20,794 bases of DNA from Candidatus Bathyarchaeia archaeon (GTDB lineage Archaea > Thermoproteota > Bathyarchaeia > 40CM-2-53-6): positions 1 through 20,794 of the forward strand of contig JBEKVV010000009.1 in assembly GCA_049513715.1 (NCBI GenBank), read 5' to 3'. How positions within the stretch are numbered: position 1 is the stretch's first letter; each line of letters begins with the position of its first letter. This document shows, one piece after another, positions 16,455 through 20,794 of the stretch. Below the pieces are notes generated by a model. It saw only the letters and a program-made list of their open reading frames with translations. It was not told the origin of the DNA and ran no database searches. The translations under genes were made by a program, and so were the position numbers.

Positions 16455-16536
16455 TCCTCAAGCTGGCCCATCAGTATTCGCTCCGCTCCGAGAGCGTTAA
16501 GCATTGCAGGTATGAGCGAAGCACGTAGAATGCTTT

Positions 16537-17010
16537 CTATTCAGGCGGGTAGATTCGTTTTCCAGTTTTCCTGTCGACGATTGTTATGGCCTGCGTTGGG
16601 CAGGATTGAGCTGCCATCATGAGGTTCTCGAGATCTTTGCCCCCAGCCTCATCTAATACGTCCAGTTTCGCGCTGCTCTGGAAGACCCCTTTGCCGGGGC
16701 GCTCGTCTAACCTGAACACGTCTGGTGAGACAATGACGCAGCTCCCGAAGCCGAGGCATTTGTCGGCGTCCACCTCGACCTTTACTCCACCAGCGAGCTC
16801 TTCGGTGGTTGTCTGGCGTTCAGAAGGCATCTTGACGCCTAAGCCGTCGAAGATTCTGTTTAGGGCGTTGTTGATGCTGATTTTGGCGATGGTGCCTGCT
16901 TTGGTGTAGGCGACTGTTACGTCTTCGTCGAGTTTTCTGGCGGTTGTGTCAGTATCGCTTGTTATGAGCATTTGAAGTTGGTCGGTTTTCTTGTCGTACC
17001 TCATTCTCAT
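16537..17010 (-). CDS. DUF2283-like domain fused to a monocluster ferredoxin
   Basis: N-terminus MRMRYDKKTDQLQMLI..DVTVAYTKAGTIAKISI; C-terminus VEVDADKCLGFGSCVIVSPDVF..AAQSCPTQAITI. Confidence 0.85.
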   Translation of the reverse strand: MRMRYDKKTDQLQMLITSDTDTTARKLDEDVTVAYTKAGTIAKISINNALNRIFDGLGVKMPSERQTTTEELAGGVKVEVDADKCLGFGSCVIVSPDVFRLDERPGKGVFQSSAKLDVLDEAGGKDLENLMMAAQSCPTQAITIVDRKTGKRIYPPE

Positions 17011-17160
17011 TCGAATCTGACCTGGTTAGGACGGCGTTGAATGGGTAGGTATGCCTTTCGGTGCGTCATGGGCCATTTGACCCTCGTTCATCGTTCCAGA
17101 TTCCAGGAGTCAAGCATACGCATATAGAGCCGATAAGAACTACGCGAACCAAGCGCTGCA

Positions 17161-18489
17161 GTGGGACCGACAAAGACATGGAGGAAAACATCGTTCAGTC
17201 ATGGTGCTGGTAAACGCTGGGACGTGCTTATCATCGGTGCCGGCGTCATCGGGCTCTCCGCAGCCTATCATATCAAGCAAGGCAACCCAAGCGCCTCAGT
17301 TCTCGTAATTGACGGGGGAGCGACCTCCGCGCAGGGAGACACTGCGAAGAGTGTCGCCGCAATTCGGGACATGTTCACTTCAGACCTGAACCGGCTCCTC
17401 GCGGGAAGTACGATACGTTTCTACAAACATGTTCAATCTGAGCTTGGTTTCAACCTGAACCTCGAATTGATCGGCTATCTTTGGCTGTTAACTGAGAAGG
17501 GATCTAGGAAGTTCACAGCCATGGAGGCGGGTATACGTGAACAGGGTGTTCGCTTCCGCGAATTCGAACGCGAAGAACTAGCCAAGCTCATGCCAGACCT
17601 TGTCTTGAACCCAGCGTCGGAACAGGGCAAGATTATGGGGTTGGAGAGAATTGAGCGAGCCGTTCAGGGTTTGGATTGCGGCACAGTATCGCCAGAACTA
17701 ATCGCCAAGTTCTACGAGGAGGAATCCAAGAAGCTGGGTGTTGAATTCCAGTTTCGAATGGCTGCGAAATCCCTTCATCTGGACCCCGAGGAACGGTTGG
17801 GGCTTCCTGGGGAGCCATTCGTTTGGCAGGAGAAGGTTTTCGGCGCTGTTGAAACGAACTCGCGTGCGATAAGTGCGGACACAATCGTCATAGCTGCTGG
17901 AACCGGTACTCCGGCACTGCTTGACCCGATTGGCATCGACTGCCTAGTCAAACCCAAGAAGCGGCAGGTGTTCCGGCTTCGCGGGGCAGCCTTGGAGAGG
18001 CTGCTGGGCAGTAAGGGCTTCAATGAGCAGAACACGTCGCCATTCATCATCCTGCCGAAAGGCGGCGTCTTCTTCCGCCCCGTCCGGGGTGAGCGAAGCT
18101 TCTGGGCGGGAGCCGCAGACCAATTGGGCCGAGGGTTCATGCTGGAGGAAGAACCTGCCGCTGAAGAATCGTACTACACATACAACATTGCGCCGATCCT
18201 CAGCGAGTACTTTCCATGCTTCACAAATCTTCGGCCTGTCAGCTCGTGGGCTGGCCTTTATGACGTTAACTCGTTAGATTCCACCCCAGTCATTGACCGA
18301 GTCAGCAACTGCATCGTCGCAACCGGGATGAGTGGAAGCGGAATTATGAAGGCGGACGCCGTGGGCCGCATGGTCGCTGCGATATACGAGAAGAAGGAAG
18401 AGGCGGTTCTCCACGATGGCCGCAGGATTTCCACGAAACGGCTTGGCCTCACGAATAGGATTGTGAGCAAAGAGGAACTCGTCCTATAG
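17161..18489 (+). CDS. FAD-dependent DAO-family oxidoreductase resembling crenarchaeal dye-linked L-proline dehydrogenase
   Basis: IIGAGVIG Rossmann motif, GDTAKSVAAIR, GLPGEPFVWQE insert, WAGLYD, GMSGSGIMKAD. True start may lie downstream. Confidence 0.85.
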   Translation: MGPTKTWRKTSFSHGAGKRWDVLIIGAGVIGLSAAYHIKQGNPSASVLVIDGGATSAQGDTAKSVAAIRDMFTSDLNRLLAGSTIRFYKHVQSELGFNLNLELIGYLWLLTEKGSRKFTAMEAGIREQGVRFREFEREELAKLMPDLVLNPASEQGKIMGLERIERAVQGLDCGTVSPELIAKFYEEESKKLGVEFQFRMAAKSLHLDPEERLGLPGEPFVWQEKVFGAVETNSRAISADTIVIAAGTGTPALLDPIGIDCLVKPKKRQVFRLRGAALERLLGSKGFNEQNTSPFIILPKGGVFFRPVRGERSFWAGAADQLGRGFMLEEEPAAEESYYTYNIAPILSEYFPCFTNLRPVSSWAGLYDVNSLDSTPVIDRVSNCIVATGMSGSGIMKADAVGRMVAAIYEKKEEAVLHDGRRISTKRLGLTNRIVSKEELVL

Positions 18490-18611
18490 CACGTCGGGCT
18501 TGTGAACGTCGATGCCGAGAAAACTAACTGAGAATCGTCTAGTCTCAACCACATCTCTGAAATGAAGAATTCCAGCAATCGTTTATACACCCTCGAAGTT
18601 CACCCTGAACG

Positions 18612-19475
18612 GTGGCAGATACGACTGGCATGTGGACTAGTCTTCTTCTTCGAATCGCGAAACATTGGATAGCAGGAGAAAACCTAGAAGACGCCTTGGC
18701 GCGGGCACAGGAATCGTCCCGCCAAAAAGTGTTTGGAATAATCAACCTGCTTGGGGAAGACACTACTTCCCGAGAGGAAACTGAAGCAGCCACTGCCGAA
18801 TATCTTGAAATCCTGCAACAACTTCACGCACGAAAGATTCCCAGCTGCATATCCATCAAGCCTACCCAGTTAGGCCTCTCAATCGACCAGGACATGTACA
18901 AACGCAATTTAGAAGCAATTCTGAACAAGGCGAAGTCGCTGGGCAACTATGTTTGGGTTGACATGGAACAACATCAGTACACTAGCGCGACGGTGGACTC
19001 ATACCTTGAATTCCGGAAACGATTTGACAACATCGGCGTGGCGATCCAAGCCTACTTGAGAAGAAGTGAAGAAGACGTCACCAGAATTCTCGATTCAAAA
19101 GGCATGATAAGACTCTGCAAAGGCGCGTACAACGAAAGCCCCACAATCGTCTACAAAGACCGCCGCCGAATCAATGAGAACTATTCAAAACTGATGGGCA
19201 CCATGTTTGAGCGCGGCAGAGGCTTTGCAGTGGCAACCCACGACGAGAAACTGATTCGAGAAGCGATTGGGCTCAGTAACCTGCACCACGCAGACTTTGA
19301 GTTCGAAATGCTGATGGGAATAAGGGACCGGAAGAAGCAGGAGCTTGTGGCCCAAGGCTATCGAGTCAGTGAATACATCCCTCATGGAAAGAGCTGGTGG
19401 TCTTACTCGAAAAGAAGAATCACGGAGCACAAGAGCAACATTCTCCTTCTCGCACGTTCCCTCATCAGCAGCTGA
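18612..19475 (+). CDS. Monofunctional TIM-barrel proline dehydrogenase (PutB/ProDH family)
   Basis: WIAGE, NLLGE, SIKPTQLG, VWVDME, QAYLRR, RLCKGAY, ATHD, FEMLMGIR, YIPHG..YSKRR. Start may be ATG 18630. Confidence 0.95.
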   Translation: MADTTGMWTSLLLRIAKHWIAGENLEDALARAQESSRQKVFGIINLLGEDTTSREETEAATAEYLEILQQLHARKIPSCISIKPTQLGLSIDQDMYKRNLEAILNKAKSLGNYVWVDMEQHQYTSATVDSYLEFRKRFDNIGVAIQAYLRRSEEDVTRILDSKGMIRLCKGAYNESPTIVYKDRRRINENYSKLMGTMFERGRGFAVATHDEKLIREAIGLSNLHHADFEFEMLMGIRDRKKQELVAQGYRVSEYIPHGKSWWSYSKRRITEHKSNILLLARSLISS

Positions 19476-19551
19476 CACAGAAGGTCCTGATCCGGAGCCG
19501 GAAGCCGGGAAATACACTTTAAGACTGACAGGCCTTCCGCTAATTGCGGAT

Positions 19552-19666
19552 GCCTCGGTGGCTCAGCCTGGTAGATTCCCGCCGTGCGGGCACTGGAGAG
19601 CGGCCGCCTCGTAACCGCTTCCAAGAAAGCGGCAGGTCGCGGGTCCAAACCCCGCCCGAGGCTCCA
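19552..19666 (+). tRNA. trnT: tRNA-Thr(CGT) with a D-loop intron (~19574-19597) and a canonical 37/38 intron (19614-19627), CCA encoded
   Basis: Spliced: GCCTCGG TG GCTC AGCCTGGTA GAGC G GCCGC CTCGTAA GCGGC AGGTC GCGGG TCCAAAC CCCGC CCGAGGC T CCA; TATA-like TTTAAG at ~19518. Confidence 0.92.
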
Positions 19667-19949
19667 ACAAAAACCTAGCTTGGCAAAAAAGTGGGTAACT
19701 CTGATTTCTAGCGTCGCTTAATTCGATGTCGATTTAAGCGCTTAAACCGATAACGCCTTGCTTCAGAGCTGGTTAACCGCACCAGTCTTTCCACTCGCAA
19801 AGAATCAGCGAATGAGAAGTTCAGAACCCTACGCATGTTCGAGTGAAATTGACTCTCCGACAGTTATGATGAACAAAACCGCTGGGCGACGAGAAGCTCC
19901 CAACTCAGGAAGCACTTTGATAAATAATAGCGGGAGGGACCCATCAGAG

Positions 19950-20794
19950 CTAGGGTTTCAGTGTTGCCGGTGCTGTCATCAGGATCCACATCGCCTGCCC
20001 AGGCTGTATCTGCGTAGAACCGGACCCTTCAATCCAAGTTCCACTTGAGTTCTGGTAAATCCAGACGTTATTCTGGTCGTAGCTTCCAGAAATGCTCATC
20101 AAGTATTGGCCGACCGTCTCGTTCTGTACGGTAGGCTGAGGTTTGAACCCTACTAGATTCCAGCCGAATACCAACGAATATGTGGGCGGCACCGTGGCGG
20201 GCGCTATGACTGTCCCATTCAAGGGCAAAACTGCTGGAGCATTCATGTAGAGCCAGTAACCCATTCCATCTTGCATGGTCTTCAGCGTACCCGACCCTGG
20301 AGGTTTAAAGAAGGCCCAGCTTTTTGTCGGCGCTGAATAGGACCAAACAACGTTGACGCTTCCTAGAATGGGCTTGAGAACTGACGTAATCTTGGAGTCG
20401 CCCGGGACCACAGGCAATGAAAAGAGATTCCAGCCTACAGACAAGCTAAGCCGAATGGTACTCGAGCTCGTGAAGGTGGCACGCAAGACAACATTCCCGC
20501 TGGGCATTGTGAAAACGCAAGGATCAGTTGAACAGGACACGTTCTCAGCAGTTGACCAAGCCGAAAACCACCATCCAGAGGAGGGTGTGGCTGAAACGGT
20601 GACTGATGAACCAACTGCCTCAGAACAACCACTTGGACAATTGGGACTAACAGAACCCGAACCAGATGCAACATTCGTAGTCAACGTCTGAGTCTGTCCC
20701 ACATAGACAGTCTGGCCGCTAATTACTACAGAGACAGCAGCCGGAACCGTCTGTGTCGTGAAAGCTGTCCAAGAAGCGGCTATCCAACTATTGC
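19950..20794 (-). CDS. C-terminal part of a large secreted/surface protein
   Basis: Frame is open to the window edge; S/T/G-rich. Contains a divergent InlB-B-repeat-like domain (VTVSATPSSGWWFSAWS) and two GWNL repeats (GWNLFSLP, GWNLVGF). Confidence 0.88.
   Translation of the reverse strand, partial: NSWIAASWTAFTTQTVPAAVSVVISGQTVYVGQTQTLTTNVASGSGSVSPNCPSGCSEAVGSSVTVSATPSSGWWFSAWSTAENVSCSTDPCVFTMPSGNVVLRATFTSSSTIRLSLSVGWNLFSLPVVPGDSKITSVLKPILGSVNVVWSYSAPTKSWAFFKPPGSGTLKTMQDGMGYWLYMNAPAVLPLNGTVIAPATVPPTYSLVFGWNLVGFKPQPTVQNETVGQYLMSISGSYDQNNVWIYQNSSGTWIEGSGSTQIQPGQAMWILMTAPATLKP

Noticed and set aside
13028..16909. Numerous plus-strand ORFs opposite the rad50-like, mre11-like and ferredoxin genes
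   Set aside because: Antisense shadows of strongly supported genes.

Overview
Archaeal chromosomal window. TFB, archaeal uL3, BHB-type tRNA introns and many TTG/GTG/CTG starts point to a TACK lineage, plausibly Bathyarchaeia (inference). From left to right it holds: tfb (truncated); a ~6 kb accessory region of small genes (two stand-alone Lrp/AsnC RAM-domain proteins, Cys-rich microproteins, a NIPSNAP-like protein) downstream of a two-intron tRNA-Leu(GAG), interspersed with degenerate tRNA 3'-end (att-like) repeats; a two-gene heme-copper oxidoreductase lacking CuA ligands and with Asp in place of a binuclear-centre His (gNOR-like); a 1.5 kb direct-repeat-flanked insert with a palindrome array and an RHH-HTH gene; an orphan rpl3; an Mre11/Rad50-like pair whose SMC ATPase has a transmembrane hairpin instead of a zinc hook; a DUF2283-ferredoxin fusion; two different proline dehydrogenase types; a two-intron tRNA-Thr(CGT); and the 3' end of a large surface protein. 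All calls come from reading the sequence; no searches were run.
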